Below are positions 37,857-49,747 of a DNA stretch of 64,000 bases, piece after piece (the stretch's first letter is position 1; the number at the start of each line of letters is the position of its first letter). Origin of the DNA: Eledone cirrhosa. Lineage: Eukaryota. Made by a program: the position numbers and the translations under genes. The DNA lies in the NCBI GenBank assembly GCA_964016885.1, contig OZ024741.1, forward strand, positions 241,738,001-241,802,000, read 5' to 3'. The notes under the pieces were generated by a model that searched no databases, was not told the origin of the DNA, and saw nothing but the letters and a program-made list of their open reading frames with translations.

Positions 37857-40800
37857 TTAATATTATGATGTTCCCTGCTGTATTAGCGTTAAATTTTCCC
37901 TGCTGTATTAGCGATAAATTTTCGAGGGTTTCTCTTAGTAGCTTTTTCATGTCGTTAATATTATGATGTTCCCTGCTGTATTAGCGTTAAATTTTCCCTG
38001 CTGTATTAGCGATAAATTTTCGAGGGTTTCTCTTAGTAGCTTTTTTCATGACGTTATTATTGTTAATTTTACTGATGTAGTATTAACTTATTAACTTGGA
38101 TATTTACCATGCGGTATTCTAATCCTATTGTATCTCTCTCAGTTATTTACCATGCGACCCTCAGTTCCTACCCCCCCCCCCCTCTATGCACTTCTTTAAG
38201 GCTTACTACCCTGTCTTTAACCTAATTCATTCAATCTGAAAATATTGAAGAGATAAGACACTTTGCCATTCTTCTCTGCTAAAATGTACCACTGAGCTGA
38301 TTCAAATTTTCCCAGCCAGCCATCCACCTAATCTACGAAGGTATTTTAGCCTACATATTGTCGTTAATATTATGATGTTCCCTGCTGTATTAGCGTTAAA
38401 TTTTCCCTGCTGTATTAGCGATAAATTTTCGAGGGTTTCTCTTAGTAGCTTTTTCATGTCGTTAATATTATGATGTTCCCTGCTGTATTAGCGTTAAATT
38501 TTCCCTGCTGTATTAGCGATAAATTTTCGAGGGTTTCTCTTAGTAGCTTTTTCATGTCGTTAATATTATGATGTTCCCTGCTGTATTAGCGTTAAATTTT
38601 CCCTGCTGTATTAGCGATAAATTTTCGAGGGTTTCTCTTAGTAGCTTTTTTCATGACGTTATTATTGTTAATTTTACTGATGTAGTATTAACTTATTAAC
38701 TTGGATATTTACCATGCGGTATTCTAATCCTATTGTATCTCTCTCAGTTATTTACCATGCGACCCTCAGTTCCTACCCCCCCCCCCCTCTATGCACTTCT
38801 TTAAGGCTTACTACCCTGTCTTTAACCTAATTCATTCAATCTGAAAATATTGAAGAGATAAGACACTTTGCCATTCTTCTCTGCTAAAATGTACCACTGA
38901 GCTGATTCAAATTTTCCCAGCCAGCCATCCACCTAATCTACGAAGGTATTTTAGCCTACATATTGTCGTTAATATTATGATGTTCCCTGCTGTATTAGCG
39001 ATAAATTTTCGAGGGTTTCTCTTAGTAGCTTTTTCATGTCGTTAATATTATGATGTTCCCTGCTGTATTAGCGTTAAATTTTCCCTGCTGTATTAGCGAT
39101 AAATTTTCGAGGGTTTCTCTTAGTAGCTTTTTCATGTCGTTAATATTATGATGTTCCCTGCTGTATTAGCGTTAAATTTTCCCTGCTGTATTAGCGATAA
39201 ATTTTCGAGGGTTTCTCTTAGTAGCTTTTTTCATGACGTTATTATTGTTAATTTTACTGATGTAGTATTAACTTATTAACTTGGATATTTACCATGCGGT
39301 ATTCTAATCCTATTGTATCTCTCTCAGTTATTTACCATGCGACCCTCAGTTCCTACCCCCCCCCCCCTCTATGCACTTCTTTAAGGCTTACTACCCTGTC
39401 TTTAACCTAATTCATTCAATCTGAAAATATTGAAGAGATAAGACACTTTGCCATTCTTCTCTGCTAAAATGTACCACTGAGCTGATTCAAATTTTCCCAG
39501 CCAGCCATCCACCTAATCTACGAAGGTATTTTAGCCTACATATTGTCGTTAATATTATGATGTTCCCTGCTGTATTAGCGTTAAATTTTCCCTGCTGTAT
39601 TAGCGATAAATTTTCGAGGGTTTCTCTCTTAGTAGCTTTTTCATGTCGTTAACATTATGATGTTCCCTGCTGTATTAGCGTTAAATTTTCCCTGCTGTAT
39701 TAGCGATAAATTTTCGAGGGTTTCTCTTAGTAGCTTTTTCATGTCGTTAATATTATGATGTTCCCTGCTGTATTAGCGTTAAATTTTCCCTGCTGTATTA
39801 GCGATAAATTTTCGAGGGTTTCTCTTAGTAGCTTTTTTCATGACGTTATTATTGTTAATTTTACTGATGTAGTATTAACTTATTAACTTGGATATTTACC
39901 ATGCGGTATTCTAATCCTATTGTATCTCTCTCAGTTATTTACCATGCGACCCTCAGTTCCTACCCCCCCCCCCCCTCTATGCACTTCTTTAAGGCTTACT
40001 ACCCTGTCTTTAACCTAATTCATTCAATCTGAAAATATTGAAGAGATAAGACACTTTGCCATTCTTCTCTGCTAAAATGTACCACTGAGCTGATTCAAAT
40101 TTTCCCAGCCAGCCATCCACCTAATCTACGAAGGTATTTTAGCCTACATATTGTCGTTAATATTATGATGTTCCCTGCTGTATTAGCGTTAAATTTTCCC
40201 TGCTGTATTAGCGATAAATTTTCGAGGGTTTCTCTTAGTAGCTTTTTCATGTCGTTAATATTATGATGTTCCCTGCTGTATTAGCGTTAAATTTTCCCTG
40301 CTGTATTAGCGATAAATTTTCGAGGGTTTCTCTTAGTAGCTTTTTCATGTCGTTAATATTATGATGTTCCCTGCTGTATTAGCGTTAAATTTTCCCTGCT
40401 GTATTAGCGATAAATTTTCGAGGGTTTCTCTTAGTAGCTTTTTCATGTCGTTAATATTATGATGTTCCCTGCTGTATTAGCGTTAAATTTTCCCTGCTGT
40501 ATTAGCGATAAATTTTCGAGGGTTTCTCTTAGTAGCTTTTTCATGTCGTTAATATTATGATGTTCCCTGCTGTATTAGCGTTAAATTTTCCCTGCTGTAT
40601 TAGCGATAAATTTTCGAGGGTTTCTCTTAGTAGCTTTTTTCATGACGTTATTATTGTTAATTTTACTGATGTAGTATTAACTTATTAACTTGGATATTTA
40701 CCATGCGGTATTCTAATCCTATTGTATCTCTCTCAGTTATTTACCATGCGACCCTCAGTTCCTACCCCCCCCCCCCCCCCCCTCTATGCACTTCTTTAAG

Positions 40801-42225
40801 GCTTACTACCCTGTCTTTAACCTAATTCATTCAATCTGAAAATATTGAAGAGATAAGACACTTTGCCATTCTTCTCTGCTAAAATGTACCACTGAGCTGA
40901 TTCAAATTTTCCCAGCCAGCCATCCACCTAATCTACGAAGGTATTTTAGCCTACATATTGTCGTTAATATTATGATGTTCCCTGCTGTATTAGCGTTAAA
41001 TTTTCCCTGCTGTATTAGCGATAAATTTTCGAGGGTTTCTCTTAGTAGCTTTTTCATGTCGTTAATATTATGATGTTCCCTGCTGTATTAGCGTTAAATT
41101 TTCCCTGCTGTATTAGCGATAAATTTTCGAGGGTTTCTCTTAGTAGCTTTTTCATGTCGTTAATATTATGATGTTCCCTGCTGTATTAGCGTTAAATTTT
41201 CCCTGCTGTATTAGCGATAAATTTTCGAGGGTTTCTCTTAGTAGCTTTTTCATGTCGTTAATATTATGATGTTCCCTGCTGTATTAGCGTTAAATTTTCC
41301 CTGCTGTATTAGCGATAAATTTTCGAGGGTTTCTCTTAGTAGCTTTTTCATGTCGTTAATATTATGATGTTCCCTGCTGTATTAGCGTTAAATTTTCCCT
41401 GCTGTATTAGCGATAAATTTTCGAGGGTTTCTCTTAGTAGCTTTTTTCATGACGTTATTATTGTTAATTTTACTGATGTAGTATTAACTTATTAACTTGG
41501 ATATTTACCATGCGGTATTCTAATCCTATTGTATCTCTCTCAGTTATTTACCATGCGACCCTCAGTTCCTACCCCCCCCCCCCTCTATGCACTTCTTTAA
41601 GGCTTACTACCCTGTCTTTAACCTAATTCATTCAATCTGAAAATATTGAAGAGATAAGACACTTTGCCATTCTTCTCTGCTAAAATGTACCACTGAGCTG
41701 ATTCAAATTTTCCCAGCCAGCCATCCACCTAATCTACGAAGGTATTTTAGCCTACATATTGTCGTTAATATTATGATGTTCCCTGCTGTATTAGCGTTAA
41801 ATTTTCCCTGCTGTATTAGCGATAAATTTTCGAGGGTTTCTCTTAGTAGCTTTTTCATGTCGTTAATATTATGATGTTCCCTGCTGTATTAGCGTTAAAT
41901 TTTCCCTGCTGTATTAGCGATAAATTTTCGAGGGTTTCTCTTAGTAGCTTTTTCATGTCGTTAATATTATGATGTTCCCTGCTGTATTAGCGTTAAATTT
42001 TCCCTGCTGTATTAGCGATAAATTTTCGAGGGTTTCTCTTAGTAGCTTTTTCATGTCGTTAATATTATGATGTTCCCTGCTGTATTAGCGTTAAATTTTC
42101 CCTGCTGTATTAGCGATAAATTTTCGAGGGTTTCTCTTAGTAGCTTTTTTCATGACGTTATTATTGTTAATTTTACTGATGTAGTATTAACTTGGATATT
42201 TACCATGCGACCCTCAGTTCCTACC
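37857..42225 (+). repeat. Higher-order tandem array A2-B-A3-B-A3-B-A3-B-A5-B-A5-B-A4-B' (A = 98 bp with internal 25-bp duplication; B ~310 bp)
   Basis: A starts e.g. 41761, 41859, 41957, 42055; B starts 38050, 38655, 39235, 39842, 40644, 41451; truncated B' at 42154; copies near-identical. Confidence 0.95.
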
Positions 42226-42463
42226 TCACAATTTCCCCCCCCCCCCACACACCACCATAGTCTATTCGACCAATCAAACCTAGCATGCCATTTCCACTGC
42301 TGCTGCTGCTACTACCTGCCTAACTAACTTTCTCCTCCTCTGGCGCATCCCAACACACCCTGCCATTACCCCACCACCACTGTCCTTCTAGCCCTCAATT
42401 TTCCCACCGTTAGGGATGGATGAGCTGGGAATACACGAGCAACTCTGAATCAATAGATGAAAT

Positions 42464-45400
42464 ATGAATCTGCGAGCTACCAAGCACCCACGTGAAGCGC
42501 CAACCCAGAGACCCTCCCCTACGAGTGTCGACAAATGCCCAAAACTCCGAGTTGGTACCATCAATGTAGGCTCAATGAAAGGAAGAGCAGGAGAAATCGT
42601 AGAAATGCTAGAGCGAAAGGAAGTTGATGTATGCTGTGTGCAAGAGACTAGATGGAGAGGAGGGTCTGCTAGAGTCCTTGTAGGAAAAAGCCAGTGCTAC
42701 AAATTTTTCTGGGTGGGAAATGACGATGGGATGGGTGGTGTAGGTATACTATTAGCTGACAAGTGGGTAGATAAAGTAATCTCAGTGTACAGGGTAAATG
42801 CAAGAATCATTAAACTCAGACTAGTCCTGAATAAGACAATTACCACAATAATATCAGCTTACGCACCCCAATCGGGGCTGCCAGACGAACTTAAGGATAG
42901 GTTTTACGAGTCCCTAATACACACTACTGCTCTAACAGACGACAAGGACTTCCTAATCATTGCAGGAGATTTTAACGGACACGTAGGTAAACACTGCGAC
43001 GGCTTCAATAGAGTACATGGAGGCCATGGAGTTGGCACAAGGAATGAGGAAGGATTCAGACTTCTAGAATTCTGCGACGCCAATGACATGTCGATATGTA
43101 ACACAAACTTTAAAAAACCCGACAACCACCTGATCACCTATAGATCAGGGGAGCACTCTAGTCAGTTAGATTTTATCCTCATCAGAGGACGTGACAGATG
43201 GACGGTCGTAAACACAAAAGCCTTCCCTAGTGAGGAATGTACATCCCAACATAGCTTAGTTGTCAGCGACCTCACGGTCAGAACTAGACGAGCCCTGAAA
43301 CAGAGGCCAACCTGGAGAAGAAAGATCTGGAAGCTGAAAGTCCCCTCAACCAGTAACAGATTTAAAGATATTTTACTCAACGCCTACGACAGTAAAGAAG
43401 AACAGATAGAGACATTTAACGTAGAAGAGAACTGGGAGTTCCTAAAAAATAACTTACTAGAGGCGACGGATGAGGTTTGTGGCTGGAGTAAGACCTCAAG
43501 CAGGAGGAGAGTGACTTGGTGGTGGAACAATAAGGTAGATGAAGCAGTCAAGGCCAAGAGACAGGCATGGAAAGAATGGAAGAACGGGGGGAGCAGGGTA
43601 CATTACATAGAGACCAAGAGGGAAGCTAGGCGACAAGTATACTTAGCTAGGAGGGAAGCAGAGGATAGAAAATTCAAGCATGTTTTACAACGTGAGGACC
43701 AGAAACAGGAGGTATTCAAGATTGCGAGGCAGTGTGTCAGAGATAGTTGTGATGTCATTGGAGAGAAGTGTATCCGGAATGATAAAGGTGAGCTTGCCCT
43801 CACAAGTGCTGAGAAGAAAGATGCATGGAAGAGTCATTATGATAGATTACTAAATGAGGAGAATGCATGGGAAGAAGAGACCCTACCCCACGTAGACCCT
43901 ATAGAGGGACCAGCAGTACAAGTCAGCGGCAGCGTAGTAAGTAAGGCAATCAGAGATATGAAGATAGGGAAGGCAACCGGTCCATCGGGTATAGCTGCCG
44001 AGATGCTGAAGGCATCTGGGTCTGTAGGTCACACTATAACCACACGTATCGTTAACCAGGTAATACTAGAGGGGGCCATACCAAAAGATTGGTGCAGTAG
44101 CATCATTGTCAACTGCTACAAAGGTAAAGGCGATGCACTAGATAGAGGAAACTATAGAGGTATAAAGTTGATGGACCAGGTCATGAAAGTAACAGAAAGA
44201 GTTATAGCACAGCTGATTAGGGACCGGGTGAATATAGACGAGATGCAATTTGGGTTTGTTCCAGGGAAAGGCACCACTGATGCGCTCTTCCTTGTGAGGC
44301 AATTACAGGAAAAGTACCTAGCTAAAAGTAAGCCACTCTACTTGGCATTTGTCGACCTTGAGAAAGCCTTTGACAGAGTTCCACGTGCAGTAATCTGGTG
44401 GGCTCTTAGAAAACTAGGAGTAGATGAATGGCTTGTGAAAGCGGTACAAGCCATGTATAGGGGAGCAGTCAGCAAAGTTAGGATTGGCAATGAGTATAGC
44501 GAGGAATTTAGCGTACAGGTTGGGGTCCACCAGGGCTCTGTTCTTAGCCCTCTCCTGTTCATCATAGTCCTGCAGGCAATAACGGAGGAGTTTAAGACCG
44601 GATGCCCATGGGAACTCCTGTATGCTGATGACCTCGCACTCATAGCTGAATCTATGGTAGAACTAGAGAATAAATTCCAAACCTGGAAGCAGGGACTAGA
44701 GAGAAAGGGCCTCAAAGTCAACATGACAAAGACTAAGGTCCTTATAAGTAGACGAGAAAACAGAACCCAGATCCCCTCAGGGAAATGGCCTTGCTCAGTA
44801 TGTAGGAAAGGTGTAGGTAGGAACTCCATTCTTTGCCCCAAATGCAAACAATGGGTACACAAGAGATGTAGCGGGATCTCAGGAAGCTTAATTAAGAATG
44901 TAGGATTCACATGCAGCAGCTGTGCTGAAACAGCAAGCAAACAGCCACAGGAAACAAGTACCACCAATCTCTGGGAGGGCCCTGTAGAAACAGTAGACAG
45001 CTTCTGCTACCTAGGTGACCGAATTAGCAACGGAGGTGGGTGCTCAGAAAGTACAATAACTAGGATAAGAACGGGATGGAAGAAGTTTAGGGAACTACTA
45101 CCACTGCTAGCTGCAAAAGGCTTCTCCCTCAGAATGAAAGGCAGACTGTATGATGCGTGTATCCGAACAGCGATGTTGCATGGTAGTGAGACCTGGGCGC
45201 TGAAGGTGGAAGACTTACGTAGATTAGAGAGAAACGAAGCCTGCATGCTCCGATGGATGTGTAACAGTAATATACGTGAACGACAAAGCATAAATGAATT
45301 GAGAGAGAGACTGAGCATAAGAGGAATCAAATGCTGCGTGCAGGAGAGGCGGTTACGCTGGTATGGACATGTGATGCGTATGAAGGATGACAGCTGCATA

Positions 45401-45583
45401 AAAAGGTGCAGAGCACTAGAAGTTGATGGAAACCGCGGAGTGGGGAGACCCAAGATGACTTGGGATGAGGTGATAAAAGCCGACCTTACCCAACTACACC
45501 TCTCAAAGTCAATGACACACGACCGTGACTTCTGGCGTCACGCAGTAATACAGGGTACCCGACCTCCCATGGGTACATGCTGA
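42464..45583 (+). CDS. RTE-clade LINE ORF: AP endonuclease + reverse transcriptase with embedded PHD finger
   Basis: Uninterrupted 1039 aa; APE motifs GTINVGSM, CVQETRW, SAYAPQ, GDFNGH, LDFIL, SQH; RT motifs YRGIKL, QFGF, DLEKAFD, GVHQGSVLSPLLF, YADD, FCYLG; RTE C-terminal RLRWYGHVMRM..GRP. Confidence 0.97.
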   Translation: MNLRATKHPREAPTQRPSPTSVDKCPKLRVGTINVGSMKGRAGEIVEMLERKEVDVCCVQETRWRGGSARVLVGKSQCYKFFWVGNDDGMGGVGILLADKWVDKVISVYRVNARIIKLRLVLNKTITTIISAYAPQSGLPDELKDRFYESLIHTTALTDDKDFLIIAGDFNGHVGKHCDGFNRVHGGHGVGTRNEEGFRLLEFCDANDMSICNTNFKKPDNHLITYRSGEHSSQLDFILIRGRDRWTVVNTKAFPSEECTSQHSLVVSDLTVRTRRALKQRPTWRRKIWKLKVPSTSNRFKDILLNAYDSKEEQIETFNVEENWEFLKNNLLEATDEVCGWSKTSSRRRVTWWWNNKVDEAVKAKRQAWKEWKNGGSRVHYIETKREARRQVYLARREAEDRKFKHVLQREDQKQEVFKIARQCVRDSCDVIGEKCIRNDKGELALTSAEKKDAWKSHYDRLLNEENAWEEETLPHVDPIEGPAVQVSGSVVSKAIRDMKIGKATGPSGIAAEMLKASGSVGHTITTRIVNQVILEGAIPKDWCSSIIVNCYKGKGDALDRGNYRGIKLMDQVMKVTERVIAQLIRDRVNIDEMQFGFVPGKGTTDALFLVRQLQEKYLAKSKPLYLAFVDLEKAFDRVPRAVIWWALRKLGVDEWLVKAVQAMYRGAVSKVRIGNEYSEEFSVQVGVHQGSVLSPLLFIIVLQAITEEFKTGCPWELLYADDLALIAESMVELENKFQTWKQGLERKGLKVNMTKTKVLISRRENRTQIPSGKWPCSVCRKGVGRNSILCPKCKQWVHKRCSGISGSLIKNVGFTCSSCAETASKQPQETSTTNLWEGPVETVDSFCYLGDRISNGGGCSESTITRIRTGWKKFRELLPLLAAKGFSLRMKGRLYDACIRTAMLHGSETWALKVEDLRRLERNEACMLRWMCNSNIRERQSINELRERLSIRGIKCCVQERRLRWYGHVMRMKDDSCIKRCRALEVDGNRGVGRPKMTWDEVIKADLTQLHLSKSMTHDRDFWRHAVIQGTRPPMGTC

Positions 45584-45896
45584 AGCATATAAACAATATG
45601 CCCCCCCCCCCCCACCGCAAGGTGGTCGTGGAGGTGCCACGGCAAAAAAGCACCCAGCCCACACTGTAAAGTGGACGTGTAGGCGCCACGAAAAAGCACC
45701 CAGCACTCACTGTAAATGAGGTTGGTGTTAGGAAGGGCATCCAGCTGTAGAAATCAAGCCAGATCAGTTCCTGTATGAGCAAGGCATGGTCAGCCGACCA
45801 GACACTGCCCACAACAGGACAACCCGTCTAACCCATGCTAGCGTGGAAGAACGGACGTAAAACGGTGATGATGATGATGATGATGATATATATATC

Positions 45897-47040
45897 TTCA
45901 TCGTCACCATTTAACATGCATTCTTTCACGCTAGTATGGATTAGAAATGTTATCCTGTTGTGAGCCATGCTAGATCAGGTGATCATGTTTTGTTCATACA
46001 GATCCGATTTTGGCTTGGTTTCAACAGATGGATGCCCTTCCTACCACCAATCTCATTTACAGTGAGTACTCGGTGCTTTTTGTTGCAATACCTACACAAC
46101 CACCTTACAGTGTGGAATGAGTGCTTTTGCCGTACACAACCACTTTACAGTGTGGAATGACTGCTTTTTGCCGTGACACCTGATGTGTAGGTAAAGAACT
46201 CTAAATGTGTAACTGTTTATTGTCACTTGATGTAGTTGGACTGACTTATCACCATCATCATTTAGTATCTACTTCCCATGCTTGCAGAGGTTAAACAGGC
46301 TTTCATGTTGTGAAGCCAGACTGACCAGGTGACTATGTCTTCATCATCATCATCATCATTTCATTTTACGTCCGCTTTTTCCCTGCTTGCAAGGGTGGGA
46401 CGGGAACTGATTCTGGCTTGATTTCTACAGCAGGATACCCTTCCTAACACCAACCTCATTTACAGTGAGTGCTGGGTGCTTTTTTGCCATGGCACCTCCA
46501 CGACCACTTTGCAGTGGAATGATAGGGACCGCAGTCCCTATCATCTCCTTTCTACAGCTGAGTAAACTGGAGCAATGTGAAATAAAGTGTCTTGCTCAAG
46601 GAAACAACACATCACCCGGTCTGAGAATTGAACTCACAACCTTTCGATTGCAAGGCCAATGCTCTAACCACTAAGCCATGTGCCTACAATCTGTTTTGGG
46701 CTTGGTTTTCTACAGTTTGTTGCCCTTTTTAATGCCAACTGCCTAACAGGATGGATTGGGAGTTTTTGTGGCACCAGCACTACCACATTACAGGGTGGAT
46801 TGGGTGCATTTTATTGTAGCACCAGTTTGACCACCTAACAGAGTGGACTGGGTGCTTTTTGTTGTGACATTGGTTTATCCACTTAACAGGGGGGATTGGG
46901 TGCTTTTTTTTGTAATGGCACCAGTACTACCACCTTACAGTGGGGTCTGGGTGCTTTTTGTAGTGATACCAGTTTAATCACCTCACGGGGTGGTCTGGGT
47001 GATTTTTTGTCATGGTACCAGCACAACTACCTAACAGGGT
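45897..47040 (-). mobile_element. Older RTE 3'-UTR remnants (with expanded ~45-bp repeats) and a nested CORE-SINE at 46341-46688
   Basis: gatgcccttccta..accaa..catttacagtg motifs; the SINE is near-identical to 31017-31351. Confidence 0.75.
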
Positions 47041-48045
47041 AGAATGTAACTTACTTAAACAGATACCTGGAGGAGAAACACACATCATACAAGCAGAAAA
47101 GTAATGCATGGTTGCATATCCCACAATCAAGAGGATATCAACAGCATTGCAATAAGGTGATAAGTCTGGACATATTACAGTCTTATTACACCTCATCAGT
47201 AAAGTATAGTTTTTACCAGCAGATCAGACAAAGATACTTGGAGATTTGTACTCAGATTGTTTGTATGAGTAGATAATAGGTTAGAAGGAAAATACTTAGT
47301 TTAATTATGGACCACTGTTATTTTTAATAGTGAAGATTTTAATTGTTTGGTCAATAGAATGATCTACTGATGACATTAACATGTAAGTGGCTGAGTACTA
47401 TACAGACACAAATATATCTTTAATGTAATTCTCAGGAAGATTCAGAATGACACAATGTGTGTGACAAGGTTGGCCCTTAGAATTAATTAAAGTTCATCTG
47501 ATGGGCTCTCAAGCAATTTCCATCTATCCAATTCGTTCTTAAGGCTTGGGGCAAGCTAAAGCTATGGTAAATATCACTTGTCCAAAAAATACCGTGATGA
47601 GATCGAACCCAGAACATCAAGGCTGTGGCATGAATTTCTTAATCATTCAGCCACTGTGTCCATATGGTGTACACTGTGTAAAAACCCACCAGTAAGGTCA
47701 GTGTTGTTATAGATATATAAAGTATTGCTAAAGAGACTGGACAATAGCACTGTGATGGCAGAGGAGAGGCTATTAAAACAACAGCAATAACACAGTGGGG
47801 TGGGGAAGACTACTTGACAGCAAGCCAAGGATTAGAAACTGTTTTATGATGGAAAATTTATTTGTGAGAAGTGACAGAGAGAGAAGTTAACTTGTCAGAT
47901 AGCCAAGAAAGGGAAGCTATTATGTGATACTAACTTCTCTATGAAGAGACATAAAGTAAATCTTGGTGATGAGCAAAAGTTTGAATACTGTTTGTGATAA
48001 AGAAAAATAGTTCAACCCTTGCTAGTAGAGAAATTGAACGTTAAG

Positions 48046-48076
<31 letters not shown>

Positions 48077-48377
48077 GAAGATGATAAATCTTTCTAAAAG
48101 GAGCTTGGGTTCTTTAGAATCAGCCTTAATATTGGGATGGCTGAAACAAAAGTACCAGTCCATATTTATATATTTTATTTGTTTTTTATCACAATCGCCA
48201 ATGGCAGGAATAACAAGGGAGTGCCTGTGGCTCAGTGCAGAACAAATATTGCAGAGGACTTCACTAAAAGACCATTGATTTTTCTTTTCTTTTTTTACTT
48301 TTTATTTATGCTGCATTTTGTTTCTTACGCCCTTTATTAATGTACACATTAGAATACACACTTGCAGACACACTCAA

Positions 48378-48445
<68 letters not shown>

Positions 48446-48588
48446 GTATGTGTTTGTCTTTGTGTTTTTTCGTCTATTTCTCCGCCTCTCTCTCTCTCTT
48501 TCTCTCTTTACATATATACATAGAGAGAGAGAGGGAGAGAGGGGAAGGAGAGATAGCCGAATAAAACAAACAGAGTTTCTGTTACAGT

Positions 48589-49747
48589 TTACAATAAGTA
48601 CATTACATGCCATTAATTTTCTGTTTCAGGTAGTACCCCACCATGGCCTGGAGTGGAGATCATCGTGCATTTGTTGTGGAAGAGTTTCTTAAGGACGGTG
48701 AGTCCATCGTAACGACGCAGAGTTCCTTCCGAAGACACTTTGCGCTTTGTCGTCATGATCCCGTACCGGATGGAAAAACAATTCGTCTGTGGGTTTCTAA
48801 CTTTAGACAAACATCATCGGCTTTAAAAAAGAAAAGTCCTGGCTGTCCTAGGACCGCTACAGGACCAGAAAATGTAGCAAAGTCCTGGCTGTCCTAGGAC
48901 TGCTACAGGACCAGAAAATGTAGCAAAGTCCTGGCTGTCCTAGGACTGCTACAGGACCAGAAAATGTAGCAAAGTCCTGGCTGTCCTAGGACTGCTACAG
49001 GACCAGAAAATGTAGCAAAGTCCTGGCTGTCCTAGGACCGCTACAGGACCAGAAAATGTAGCAAAGTCCTGGCTGTCCTAGGACCGCTACAGGACCAGAA
49101 AATGTAGCAAAGTCCTGGCTGTCCTAGGACCACTACAGGACCAGAAAATGTAGCAAAGTCCTGGCTGTCCTAGGACTGCTACAGGACCAGAAAATGTAGC
49201 AAAGTCCTGGCTGTCCTAGGACTGCTACAGGACCAGAAAATGTAGCAAAGTCCTGGCTGTCCTAGGACCGCTACAGGACCAGAAAATGTAGCAAAATCCT
49301 GGCTGTCCTAGGACTGCTACAGGACCAGAAAATGTAGCAAAGTCCTGGCTGTCCTAGGACTGCTACAGGACCAGAAAATGTAGCAAAGTCCTGGCTGTCC
49401 TAGGACTGCTACAGGACCAGAAAATGTAGCAAAGTCCTGGCTGTCCTAGGACTGCTACAGGACCAGAAAATGTAGCAAAGTCCTGGCTGTCCTAGGACCA
49501 CTACAGGACCAGAAAATGTAGCAAAGTCCTGGCTGTCCTAGGACTGCTACAGGACCAGAAAATGTAGCAGCTGTGGCAGCTTCAATACAGAAGTCTCCCA
49601 GACGTTCCACATGAAAACACGTATCTGCCACTTAAACCACAATGGCATGTAATGTACTTATTATAAATACAAAGTTTTTTCTCTTATGATCATGTGTTTG
49701 TTTTTTATTAACCTTTGAAATTGGGGCAACCTTTCTGCCCAACCCTG
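48589..49747 (+). mobile_element. Internally deleted Tc1/mariner element with N-terminal HTH transposase remnant
   Basis: MAWSGDHRAFVVEEF..TQSSFRRHF..TIRLWVSNFRQT..SPGCPRT..ENVAAVAASIQKSPRRS; subterminal IR 48589-48614 / 49641-49667; right end accctgTA. Confidence 0.8.
48835..49570 (+). repeat. 46-bp tandem array, 16 copies, inside the transposase remnant
   Basis: Unit agtcctggctgtcctaggac(c/t)gctacaggaccagaaaatgtagcaa. Confidence 0.95.

Larger units (their letters stand above)
37857..45887 (+). mobile_element. Full-length RTE retrotransposon (5' boundary tentative, includes the array)
   Basis: Intact ORF, 3' UTR with internal direct repeats, (GAT)n tail ending 45887, (TA)n on both flanks. 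Confidence 0.75.

Noticed and set aside
37857-37950. ttttccctgct in monomer A matching the reverse complement of the RTE-B 3' terminus
   Set aside because: Only 11 low-complexity bases, and it does not match this element's own 3' end.
37857-42225. CRISPR-like or retron-like repeat/spacer array beside a reverse transcriptase
   Set aside because: Spacers are identical to one another, repeats are 98 bp, there are no cas genes, and the RT is a eukaryotic LINE enzyme.
42230-42463. HDV-like ribozyme in the RTE leader (known for some RTEs)
   Set aside because: I could not build the nested double pseudoknot by eye; needs a descriptor search.
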